Assembly (NCBI GenBank): GCA_963701995.1
Contig: OY969693.1
Location: 743,724 to 807,723 of the forward strand
Direction of reading: 5' to 3'
DNA: 64,000 bases
Source of the DNA: Methanobacteriota archaeon
GTDB taxonomy: Archaea; Halobacteriota; Bog-38; Methanoflorentales; Methanoflorentaceae
Positions 55,693 through 64,000 of this stretch are shown here, piece after piece. Under the pieces are notes generated by a model that saw nothing but the letters and a program-made list of their open reading frames with translations, was not told the origin of the DNA and searched no databases. Position numbers and translations under genes: made by a program. The first letter of the stretch is position 1. Each line of letters starts with the position of its first letter.

Positions 55693-56052
55693 ATGTTGTC
55701 TATTGACGTGTTGTATTACGAGGACTGCCCGCATTACAAAGAGGCAGCAGACACCCTCAAACAGGTTCTCGAGGAGGAGCACGTTGAAGCGAGGGTGAAT
55801 ATGGTAAAGGTCGCCAAAGGCGGGGAAGCAGAGGTGGTTGGCTTCCTCGGCTCGCCTACGATTTTGGTCGACGGGCACGATGTGCAGCGAGGAACGGACC
55901 ATACGTCCCCGTTTCAGGGACACTGCAGGATTTTCAGATACAAGGGACACGTATTTGAAATTCCGCCAAAAGACATGATTCGAGAGGCGGTTAAAGCAGT
56001 TCGCGTGAGCGAGAAACGCGACGGCGACCGGTACGGCAATTTACAGAGATAG
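55693..56052 (+). CDS. small thioredoxin-fold protein
   Basis: 119 aa; VLYYEDCPHY...GFLGSPTILVDGHDV pattern of thioredoxin-like or ArsD-like small proteins; divergent from arsC. Confidence 0.45.
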   Translation: MLSIDVLYYEDCPHYKEAADTLKQVLEEEHVEARVNMVKVAKGGEAEVVGFLGSPTILVDGHDVQRGTDHTSPFQGHCRIFRYKGHVFEIPPKDMIREAVKAVRVSEKRDGDRYGNLQR

Positions 56053-56169
56053 ACAACAACTAGAGACTTGCTATCATGCCATAGCAAGTATGTTTCGCTT
56101 ACAAAATGCCTGGATCTTGGTGAAAATATGGCAGTAACATCTTGACGCTGCAAGAAAAACGCACGGGTG

Positions 56170-56604
56170 CTAAAGAGAACCAAAAGTTACAATGATCCAT
56201 TCCCTTATCTCGTCACGCACGCGCCTAAAAGACGTGCACGGTGCACTTTCAGGCCCCGCGTCTAAGACAGGATCGTCAAAGGCGTGATGGATGTACTCGG
56301 TCCCTCCGGGGATAATGGCTCCGGGGAAAATGGGGCATCTCTCTTGGGCGTCAGCACACATGGTCACGACGTAGTCGAAGGATCCGTCGAGATACTCGTC
56401 GAGCGGCTTTGCGTGCTGTGAGGCAATGTCGATGCCCTCCTCTGCCATCACTTCGATAGCGCACAAGTGCATTTCGGTCGGTTCGCTGCCGGCGCTGTAT
56501 GCTTCGTAACGATCACCGTAACGCGCGTTGACGAACCCTTCGGCCATCTGTGAGCGCGCCGCATTGTGCGTGCAAAGGAACAAGATCCTTTTTTTCGCGT
56601 TCAT
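56170..56604 (-). CDS. arsC: arsenate reductase (LMW-PTP / thioredoxin-coupled ArsC family)
   Basis: Start at the internal Met (MNAKKRILFLCTHNAARSQMAEG); P-loop CTHNAARS and downstream catalytic Cys. The track ORF extends to 56892, probably spuriously. Confidence 0.85.
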   Translation of the reverse strand: MNAKKRILFLCTHNAARSQMAEGFVNARYGDRYEAYSAGSEPTEMHLCAIEVMAEEGIDIASQHAKPLDEYLDGSFDYVVTMCADAQERCPIFPGAIIPGGTEYIHHAFDDPVLDAGPESAPCTSFRRVRDEIREWIIVTFGSL

Positions 56605-56887
56605 CTTCTTAGAACCCTCCAAAAACAGAGTGCCGAATCCATTCTTGTAAGAAGATACAGCATCTGGTTCATAACCACATCCTATAGTTTTTCTATATCG
56701 TGGGTGCACCCTGCACGACCCGTTTAGCGGCCGAACCCTATTACCTTTGCACGCGCTACCTCTGAACTTGGCCCGTAGATCAAAGCAAATCGAAGAAAGA
56801 TGCAGTCTCAGTCTTATTGCCTCTGATATTGCCGCTTTATCCGGTAACTTGCTGCGCTTAAATCGCACCAAAAAGACTTCCGAGCTG

Positions 56888-57000
56888 ACCATTTACCCTT
56901 TGAAGCTTGTTTAGAGCATGCCTCAAAGAATAACGGCCATTTTAACGCTAATATTGGCTCAGAAAAAAGCGATCGTGAATTACGCTTCTTGGGAATAGAA
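56888..57000. repeat. solo copy of the small-protein leader (no downstream paralog gene)
   Basis: GACCATTTACCCTTTGAAGCTTG...AACGGCCATTTTAACGCTAATATT aligns with the leaders at 27602-27747, 43968-44107 and 60371-60515. Confidence 0.5.
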
Positions 57001-57085
57001 CCCCCGCATCCAGCTCGCGACAGGTTTTCTCTGATGGTTGTGGCGTAAGCATAGCTTCCACTGCGATGGTGTTGATTGCTTTCAA

Positions 57086-57259
57086 CTACGCTCGCTCTAG
57101 ATAAAATTCTACTAAAAACCGAATAACGTCATCCTGCGTGCATTGCCTTTTTTTCGCTGCTTGCAGCTCGTAGAGCAACTCGACTAGCATATCGCGTGTC
57201 TCAACGCTGACGTTGAGGCTTGTGCGTTCCTCGCTTTTCGCCATTTCATTTTCGTTCAT
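57086..57259 (-). CDS. ribbon-helix-helix (CopG/Arc-like) small DNA-binding protein (57 aa)
   Basis: Hand translation MNENEMAKSEERTSLNVSVETRDMLVELLYELQAAKKRQCTQDDVIRFLVEFYLERA shows a beta-strand then two helices; below the track cut-off. Confidence 0.35.
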   Translation of the reverse strand: MNENEMAKSEERTSLNVSVETRDMLVELLYELQAAKKRQCTQDDVIRFLVEFYLERA

Positions 57260-57367
57260 GATGCACGTGGTAGCAAGAAAGTATGCCGCGCTTTGTGCGG
57301 TTACTGGAGTCTAGTTTGTTGCTTTACTTTGGCTAGAAATATGTATCCGCGAAGGCTCTGTGGTTGA

Positions 57368-57679
57368 CTCTCGCATTCTCCGGCAGCCGCCAAGCTGAAG
57401 GAGAGCGAGCAGAAATATCGCACTCTTGTGGAGACCGCACATAGCATAATCTGCACCGTCGATCCAGCAGGCATAATCACATTCATCAACGATTATGGCG
57501 CAACATTCTTTGGCTACACGCGGGAAGAGCTTGTGGGAGAGGACATCATGGTCATAATCCCAGACATCGAGAGTTCCGGCCGACAATTCACGCCGCTTAT
57601 CCGCGATATTTTATCCTACCCAGATCGGCACGCAGTGAGCTTGAACGAGAACTTCACCAAGGATGGGAGACGCGTATAG
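57368..57679 (+). pseudogene. isolated PAS-domain fragment (likely sensor-kinase remnant)
   Basis: Open frame KESEQKYRTLVETAHSIICTVDPAGIITFINDYGATFFGYTREELVGEDIMVIIPD is a PAS S-box with no transmitter or output domain following. Confidence 0.4.
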
Positions 57680-57985
57680 AATCTTCAGTACCAGATAGGC
57701 GGCGGCGCTCGCATCGTAAATGGAGATCTAAGGAAATTTTGCGAGCAGCAATCCGATCTACTACAGTCGGATCAATCAAACAAGAATTACATATTAACCA
57801 AACGGTGTCCCACGGTGTGAACGGGGTGGATTGGCGATTTTACAAGAGTCCGAGGCCAGAGCCGGTATATGATATTTACATGCAGGTACTGGGCACCGGC
57901 AAGCTTTGATTCTTAAGCTATTTGATTAAAATGTGCTAAGGTATTAACTCTAGCGAAGCGCGAGAGAGCTTGGGGGAAATAGAAA

Positions 57986-58471
57986 ATGACTACGTTTAGC
58001 GCTGGCATTCTTTTATTCAGGTTCAAGAATGAGAAACTTGAAGTGATGCTTGTTCACCCAGGTGGGCCATTTTGGGCAAATAAGGACGATGGCGTGTGGT
58101 CGATACCTAAAGGGCTGCCCGAAGAGAATGAAAATCCCCTGGACACGGCAAGAAGAGAATTTAAAGAAGAAACAGGATTTGAAGTTGATGGCGAGTTTAT
58201 TGATTTGGGAGAGTTAAATCAATCCAGCGTAAAGATAGTACACGTATGGGCTCTGGAAAAAGATCTCGATATAGCGAATATTGTGAGTAATACGATTATT
58301 TATGAGTGGCCAAAAAACTCCGGGAAACTACAGGAGATTCCTGAGGCCGACAAAGCTGGTTGGTTCGATATTGAGCTAGGTAAGAGAAAAATCATAAAAG
58401 GACAAATCGGTTTTATTAATAAACTAATAGAGGTTATTAATCACTCTAAGAAAGAAAAGCATACTGGTTAA
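57986..58471 (+). CDS. NUDIX hydrolase
   Basis: 161 aa; Nudix box GLPEENENPLDTARREFKEETGF; lies in a low-GC segment. Confidence 0.85.
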   Translation: MTTFSAGILLFRFKNEKLEVMLVHPGGPFWANKDDGVWSIPKGLPEENENPLDTARREFKEETGFEVDGEFIDLGELNQSSVKIVHVWALEKDLDIANIVSNTIIYEWPKNSGKLQEIPEADKAGWFDIELGKRKIIKGQIGFINKLIEVINHSKKEKHTG

Positions 58472-58908
58472 GGATAGACTCGACTTTATGACATCTTTTC
58501 ACACGGTCTCGTCTCAACCAGTCTATCCGCTTGGAAATATGGAAAGTAAGCTACTTGATCGTCACTCGCGTTTTCTTTTCTATTTCAGTAGGCTCCTTCT
58601 TTGGCAAATTAAGCTCAAGCACTCCGTTCTTAAACGACGCTTGTGCCTTGTCCGGCAACACGTCGGCAGGCAGGTCAAGCGCACGTCGGTATGACGCATA
58701 GCCGCGTTCGCGCCCGTCACAGCCACCATCGAGACGAGCACGATGGTGGCCATGGCGATACTTAACATACTAATTTTGTATTTCATCAAATACACCTTGC
58801 TTCCGTTGGCGGGTTTTGCAATGTGCGAGGACACCATCCATGCATACCCGCCCGGCAAAGGGGTTCGTTCCTAAATTGCGTACCTATACGATTCTTAGTA
58901 ATAAAGGT

Positions 58909-59526
58909 TGGTTAACGCCTGTGCGCTCTCCAATGGCAAGCAGATCACGCATTTTGACCTTGGCCTGCTTGTCTAGGTGGTGAATTTGGGAGCGACCCCT
59001 ACACACACGGGAGATATACCATGCAAAGCGCGTTGGAGGAACAAATCGACCAAAATTCAACCTCAGACCGTCAAAACTGGGGGCTCTGGGCCAGGAGTGA
59101 CAGCTCATGACCCAAAGCGATTTGCTTCACCACTGCCACCTAAGGAGATAATCCGTGGTGTTGCAGAAGGCAAAGACTCATGAAGCAGCATAAATGTTTC
59201 CGACATTTGGTAACGAACGCAAAAACGTGCGCTGCAGGGGGGGATTACACAAGATTCGGGCGCCGTGGGGAGCATAAGGCGCTGATGAACATGAGGTCAA
59301 GCGCGTGCATCATCACGTAGACCGTCTGTGGCAGGCACCTCGAAGCGACGCCAGTCGGGTCAAGCGTGCGGCATCACGTAAAGGAACCTACATCTCCCGC
59401 TACAGCGCCTTATGCGCGTTTTTCTGGTTATTTCCTTTGAATATAAACGTGGGTAGCTCCGAGCGGGCGCTCTTTTGAAAAATAACGCTCTAAAGCGATT
59501 TAATACCTGCAATGGCTCCGAAAAAA
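58909..59526. repeat. composite repeat (inverted R3 3' part + R4), copy 2
   Basis: 58909-59045 is the reverse complement of the R3 3' half; 59041-59526 aligns with 51397-51831 and has an internal duplication of about 50 nt. Confidence 0.55.
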
Positions 59527-59710
59527 CGGTAGAGCTTTAAGGAGAGAATAAGCGAATGTGCTATACCAACGACCGGTTAGTTCTACCACGCGCATAGCCC
59601 CCTATGCAACTTTTTGCCAATGTTTTCTTTGGAAGCTTCAAGTAGTACAAGGGTTTGTCACAAATGTTTAAGTCGCCCACTGTTAGAGCATTCAACAAGG
59701 AGATGACGCA

Positions 59711-60010
59711 GTGACCAAGTTCTTTATCCAGTGGCGAGTCAACGCAGAAAAGGTGCTTGATACAGCAGGGAAACTGCATCTGACGATGCTCGAAATAGTC
59801 AAGGCTGAACTGAGCGCCGGAAGGCTTATTGAATGGAGACAGTTCAACAACGGAGCGAACGGCTATGCCATTGCCGAAGCGAGCGAAGATGCCGTTTTCA
59901 CTACCATGGTCAGGTGGATGCCAGCTATCTCGTTTAAAGCCGTCCCAGTGCATAGTGTCGACCAATCGATAAAAACATTAAAGAAAGCAGCTGCAGCGAA
60001 GCAGGCCTAG
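59711..60010 (+). CDS. small conserved protein (DUF3303-like)
   Basis: 99 aa; GTG start after AGGAG; MTKFFIQWRVNAEK...GYAIAEASEDAVFTTMVRW pattern. Confidence 0.45.
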   Translation: MTKFFIQWRVNAEKVLDTAGKLHLTMLEIVKAELSAGRLIEWRQFNNGANGYAIAEASEDAVFTTMVRWMPAISFKAVPVHSVDQSIKTLKKAAAAKQA

Positions 60011-60126
60011 TAACTGCTCTTTTTATCAGCTGCCGCTCACGAGTAGGCCAGCAAAACGAACTTTGGAAGTGCCGGAGCCGAGCTTGCGTTCAAGGCGTGC
60101 ACAGATCCGAATCTATGCTAACTTAT

Positions 60127-60370
60127 CGTCTCGAGGGAAACCGCCGTAACCTACTAAATTTGTAATAAAGCTTCAAATAGGTTTTTTGGTTATACTATTG
60201 TTGCCTCGGTTAGCATTTCTAAGGCTGTGAAACCGCTCCGGGCATGGGCCGATGCTTGGTCCAAATAAGTCCGTGTGACTTTTTTAGAAGTACGCGGGGT
60301 GGTTAACAGCCTTAGTTGCCTCTTGTTCTTTTTTTAACACCTAAACTCGCAGCTTACGGTCAGCGTCAGG
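60127..60370. repeat. repeat family R2, copy 2
   Basis: About 95% identical to 43721-43967 and, like it, placed directly 5' of the conserved leader. Confidence 0.65.
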
Positions 60371-60515
60371 GTGCGGCCATTTACCTTTTGAAGCTTGCTT
60401 AACGCTCTTCGCGGTGAATAACGGCCATTTTGACGCTAATATCAGCGTCAGAACAAAGCGATCATGCATTATGTAAGGTGGCGCACACAAAAAGTACCGA
60501 TAAAGGAGGAAAAAA

Positions 60516-60800
60516 ATGATTGAAAGCGGACTAATTTTAACCGGCAGCGACGCGGAGCTATTGAGCCGTGCGCTTTCAGAAGTCAAAACAAAAGTCTATG
60601 AGGAGTCCGAGACGAGTCTAGATGATACCCAAGCACTCGATGCACTCCTTTCGAGTTTCAGAACTGCGGAGACCGAAGAACGGGCAAAAGAACGAAGTCA
60701 CGCGTATCTTAGCCCCTTGGGTAAGCGCCTTATGCTTGGCACGATTATCCATAGGCAAGGCGGCGCGGACGGCCATAAGAGCGGCTCGCAGCAGAGCTAA
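60516..60800 (+). CDS. small-protein paralog C (94 aa), apparently intact
   Basis: MIESGLILTGSDAELLSRALSEVKTKVYEESETSLDDTQALDALLSSF...; AAAGGAGG 8 nt upstream. Confidence 0.55.
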   Translation: MIESGLILTGSDAELLSRALSEVKTKVYEESETSLDDTQALDALLSSFRTAETEERAKERSHAYLSPLGKRLMLGTIIHRQGGADGHKSGSQQS

Positions 60801-60897
60801 ACGCCGGAGGGGACTCTTTTGCAAGCGCGGCTGCAGTTTTAGTATACTTTTCTTTTCAACGGAGCGTCCCGTTTCCCTGCGGCTATCTCTTGGCTAA

Positions 60898-61281
60898 TCA
60901 TGGATTCTCCTGCCTCTCTTCGGGCCGCCCTCGCGTGAGCAATTCATACAAATTATCGAGGTATACCTTTCGTTCTTTGATCGTCGGCTGAAATTGTTCA
61001 ATAAACGCGATCCCACCCAGGCGCGTTATTTCGCGCTCTGTCTCGTTAACTTCTTGCTCTAACTGCGCGAGTAAGCCAACTGCGTTATCCCTCAGGGCAA
61101 CCGCGTCGTTAAACATCGTTGCCGCGTTTCGTACGACGTCTTCCGCCTCGGTCGTAATTAGCGTCTCATAACGGTTCATCCACCAGCCGATATTGTCCTT
61201 ATACGTGGCCTTATCGGGGGTATTATCTCGGCGTAACGCTTTCGCAATCTTCGTTCCTGCTTTATCCAAGTTAATAGCCAT
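60898..61281 (-). CDS. hypothetical protein
   Basis: Start chosen at the internal ATG with a GAGG motif upstream (MAINLDKAGTKIAKALRR); the track ORF extends to 61323. Confidence 0.4.
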   Translation of the reverse strand: MAINLDKAGTKIAKALRRDNTPDKATYKDNIGWWMNRYETLITTEAEDVVRNAATMFNDAVALRDNAVGLLAQLEQEVNETEREITRLGGIAFIEQFQPTIKERKVYLDNLYELLTRGRPEERQENP

Positions 61282-61441
61282 TTTTAGATCCTCGGTTTTA
61301 CATATATGCGGACTGTCCGTCACACGATCATCGACGTGAGAGTATCGACCATATATTTGCGGTCAATCGACCCGGATAGCTGAATCGTAAAATCGGTTCC
61401 GCGTCCACGCCCGCGCCCTTTTCAGTGTATGTCAACTATCC

Positions 61442-62248
61442 TCACACTAAATCTTTAAGCGCATCCAACAAAGCCTTTCGCTCGACTGAGCCCGTCGGAG
61501 ATATGTAGAAATCAACGCCACGACCTCTTCCACGCCCTTTTCGTTCAACTTCAACATAACCGTACAACTCCAATTCAGCAGTGAGTTCGGAAAGGGTCTT
61601 GTGCGAGACCTGTTCACGTCCGTTAAGCCTCATAATATTGTTAAATTCCCTATAAACCTCAGTTGGCGACTGCTTTTCCTCTTTACTGTATACGGTTTCT
61701 AGCAACACCTTCTGATGTGGTGAGAGACGTACCACTTCTCTGCGTAACAACGACACTTCTGCAAGTCGTTCCGCACGACGCACATCCTCTTCTGCAACAG
61801 TCGTTCGCCCTTCTTCTTCACAAAGGTCAGCAGCAGTTGATAGCAAATCAAGCGCATATCGGGCATCGCCGTTTCTCTGTGCCGCTAATGCAGCGCATAA
61901 CGGAATCACTTCATCGCTCAGCGCATTCGGATAAAACGCCTGTTCAACGCGATACTCCAGAATATCCCTTAACTGAGGCGCGTCATAAGCCGGAAAAGTA
62001 ACATCTACATATACATACGATGACTGGTCACGGGCGTCGGTGATTAGTGTAGGGAAGTCATATTTGTTCGTGATCCCGATAAGACAGATGTTAGAATCTC
62101 GCGTGAACTTGTAGATGGGGCTATATTCGTCTTTTCTGTTCTTAATGAGCATTTTGTCTATCTCATCGAGAATAATGATCGCAATATTCCCTTTGACCTT
62201 CTGTTCGATTTTTGTCCAGTACTCGTTAGTTTTAACCGGTTGCTTGTT
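61442..62248 (-). pseudogene. orc1: Orc1/Cdc6 replication-initiator gene remnant lacking the Walker A region
   Basis: Open frame includes Walker B IAIIILDEID, FPAYDAPQLRDILEYRVEQAF, CAALAAQRNGDARYALDLL and the C-terminal winged helix; upstream it stops at TGA (62249-62251), the preceding PYRV-like segment is in another frame, and no GxxGxGKT motif is found. Confidence 0.7.
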
Positions 62249-62374
62249 TCAATTCCAAAGTTGCTAGCAATAGTCTTGAGAATTTGATAAATTGACGTTC
62301 ATAATCCTAGCTATTGGATTCATACTTCATCTCCTTGCAGTAGAAACAAATACGTGAGACGGGGTCATTGAAGG

Positions 62375-62409
62375 TTAATAATTGCTATCTACGTTAATTA
62401 TTGCTATCT
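62375..62409. repeat. direct repeat TTAAT(A/T)ATTGCTATCT x2 at the 5' boundary of the Orc1 remnant
   Basis: Two 16-bp units separated by 3 nt; overlaps the stop of the small ORF at 62394-62612. Confidence 0.5.
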
Positions 62410-62612
62410 GCGGTCGCAGCTACGCGGTTTAGCGCTCTGGCCAGCCGGATTGCGAGAGCAAGAAGTGAGTCAAGCTGCTCCTGCTGAGAATCGCACGGAT
62501 GCCATAGCGCGTTTATCTCTTCCAGGCTATTAAGGCGGTGCGAGGCGTGCATCTCATCGTCAGCAATAGCCTCGCGTGTCGTTTCAATATCGGCGTCAGT
62601 GTCGGTCATCAT
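62394..62612 (-). CDS. small acidic hypothetical protein
   Basis: 72-aa ORF whose start overlaps the stop of the upstream surface-protein gene by 4 nt (ATGA). Confidence 0.35.
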   Translation of the reverse strand: MMTDTDADIETTREAIADDEMHASHRLNSLEEINALWHPCDSQQEQLDSLLALAIRLARALNRVAATADSNN

Positions 62613-63133
62613 TTTCCCCTCAGCAAGATAACATAAACCGCTCCAATAGCCACGAGCGCAAAGACTCCAAAAGCCCCAGCAATGAGAGGCACGTCTGCGC
62701 CTTGCGGTGGTGCGGGTGCATTGCCTTGGACTGTGTAAGTGATGTTAGCGCTTAGCGCTGGGCGCGCTGCCGATGTCGTATTAACGAGCATGCTTGAGCT
62801 AAAATTGCCGTCCTTGGCGTCGCTCGGTACGTCAAGCCTCACGGCCACCGTTACGTTTGAGTTTGGAGCGATTGCCACGCTTGCTGGGCTCGCGTTTAGC
62901 TGTCCGCTCGTATTCGTAACATTGGTGAAGGTGATAGAATAAGCGAGCGTCGAATTGCCGCCGGTGTTGTAGAGTATGACGTCTCGCTCTGCGCTACCTC
63001 CGCGTCCGACCGTGCCGAAATCAATACGGACTGATGAAACGCCTATCCCTACTTGTGCATTAATTAAAGCACTCACTACAATAAGAAAAACAAAGAAAAG
63101 AGGCGTTAAGCATCGTCTCACTCTAAAACTCAT
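62609..63133 (-). CDS. cell-surface protein with signal peptide, many N-glycosylation sequons and C-terminal membrane anchor
   Basis: 174 aa; N-terminal hydrophobic signal, at least eight NxS/T sequons, C-terminal hydrophobic helix ending LRGK (PGF-CTERM-like). Confidence 0.5.
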   Translation of the reverse strand: MSFRVRRCLTPLFFVFLIVVSALINAQVGIGVSSVRIDFGTVGRGGSAERDVILYNTGGNSTLAYSITFTNVTNTSGQLNASPASVAIAPNSNVTVAVRLDVPSDAKDGNFSSSMLVNTTSAARPALSANITYTVQGNAPAPPQGADVPLIAGAFGVFALVAIGAVYVILLRGK

Positions 63134-63293
63134 TATGCTAGACTCCTTTTTTTAGACTTAAATCGCTATTGCCATAAGCGTTGAAACTGCTGTAAATCCC
63201 TGAGAATCCACCTGACACTTGCGGCCCATCACGCGACTACGATTGTGCTTTTCATAAACGGGTGAGGGGCACAGTGGCACGATTTTTTGACAA

Positions 63294-63887
63294 TCATTCG
63301 CGTTTGAAAACCAGGCTGGGTTCCAATTGATTCCAGCTCTCATCTATCGATAGAGGCATTTTTAAACCACTCAGATGTCTGCTATTGTGTTTACTAAACA
63401 GGGCTTTCGTCTCAGCTCTCGTCAAGCCGAGTCGCTCTATGTATACATTTGTGATGTTCACAATGCCACTTATCAGAAGGCTTTGGTGTGGCTCAAAAGG
63501 AGCCTCGTTGTTACGTTCTCGTTCGCGTGTTGTGCTGTATTGTGGACCGTTTAGGTCTATATAACATACTTCGAGATGAGTCGCCAGCGCCTTTCTCAGT
63601 TTTTCTTCGTCTTTCTCGGCTTCTTCTTCAAGCAGCAGCGCTATACCTAGACGAGCGTTGCGGAACAGTACGAAGTTCCCCTCTTTGATGCCTTCCAATC
63701 CCTGCCTTTCGTATACGTTGCGTCGAATCGTGTGTAATGCGCTATGCAGTTGCTCGGGCGTCTCTTTTCCGTGTTTCTCTCTTTGTGCTGTTCTGATCCG
63801 CTCAAAGCGCTCTCTCTCCGCTTCGGGCATTTCTTCAAGTTCTCGTTTGATCGCCTGTTCGTCCTCAATATCCTCAGCTTGTGTCAT
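63294..63887 (-). CDS. hypothetical protein
   Basis: Start taken at the internal Met (MTQAEDIEDEQ); the track ORF extends to 63992; Glu/Arg-rich N-terminus, no recognisable motif. Confidence 0.35.
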   Translation of the reverse strand: MTQAEDIEDEQAIKRELEEMPEAERERFERIRTAQREKHGKETPEQLHSALHTIRRNVYERQGLEGIKEGNFVLFRNARLGIALLLEEEAEKDEEKLRKALATHLEVCYIDLNGPQYSTTRERERNNEAPFEPHQSLLISGIVNITNVYIERLGLTRAETKALFSKHNSRHLSGLKMPLSIDESWNQLEPSLVFKRE

Positions 63888-64000
63888 GCGTACTTCTCTT
63901 CTATCTCCACGGCGAGACTTGAAGATAGGTTTTTTGCAGCCCAGATGTTTTTGGTGCCGGTCGCGGGCGCTCTCTCCGTTGTTCTTCCACAAGCCTGGCA

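Noticed and set aside
62375-62409. Direct repeats as archaeal origin-recognition boxes
   Set aside because: The sequence does not resemble ORB or mini-ORB consensus as I recall it, and the adjacent orc1 is truncated. Kept as an unexplained repeat.

Overview
Annotation by eye from the sequence and the supplied six-frame ORF track only; no searches or structure predictions were run, so every family assignment is motif recognition from memory. The window is a roughly 55-60% GC chromosomal segment, most likely archaeal (a truncated Orc1/Cdc6 gene, DUF2111/DUF998-type genes, a TATA-like box about 30 bp upstream of uvrB), though Shine-Dalgarno motifs are also used. Core content is a tight uvrB-uvrA-uvrC operon (2.1-8.7 kb) with a co-directional unknown gene, and a fumC-sdhA-sdhB-FMN-dehydrogenase cluster (44.7-50 kb). 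The rest is accessory-like: transporters, redox and methyltransferase genes, an arsenate reductase, and many small unknown ORFs. No defined, nameable new system could be established. The most unusual signal is a set of modular repeats recurring within about 33 kb: a three-copy small-protein gene with a conserved leader, a near-identical 245-bp upstream module, and two further repeat families. Alongside these are low-GC islands, gene remnants (serine recombinase, Orc1/Cdc6, PAS domain), cassette-like 80-bp direct repeats around one gene, and several frameshifts at homopolymer runs that may be sequencing errors. No rRNA, tRNA or CRISPR array was found.
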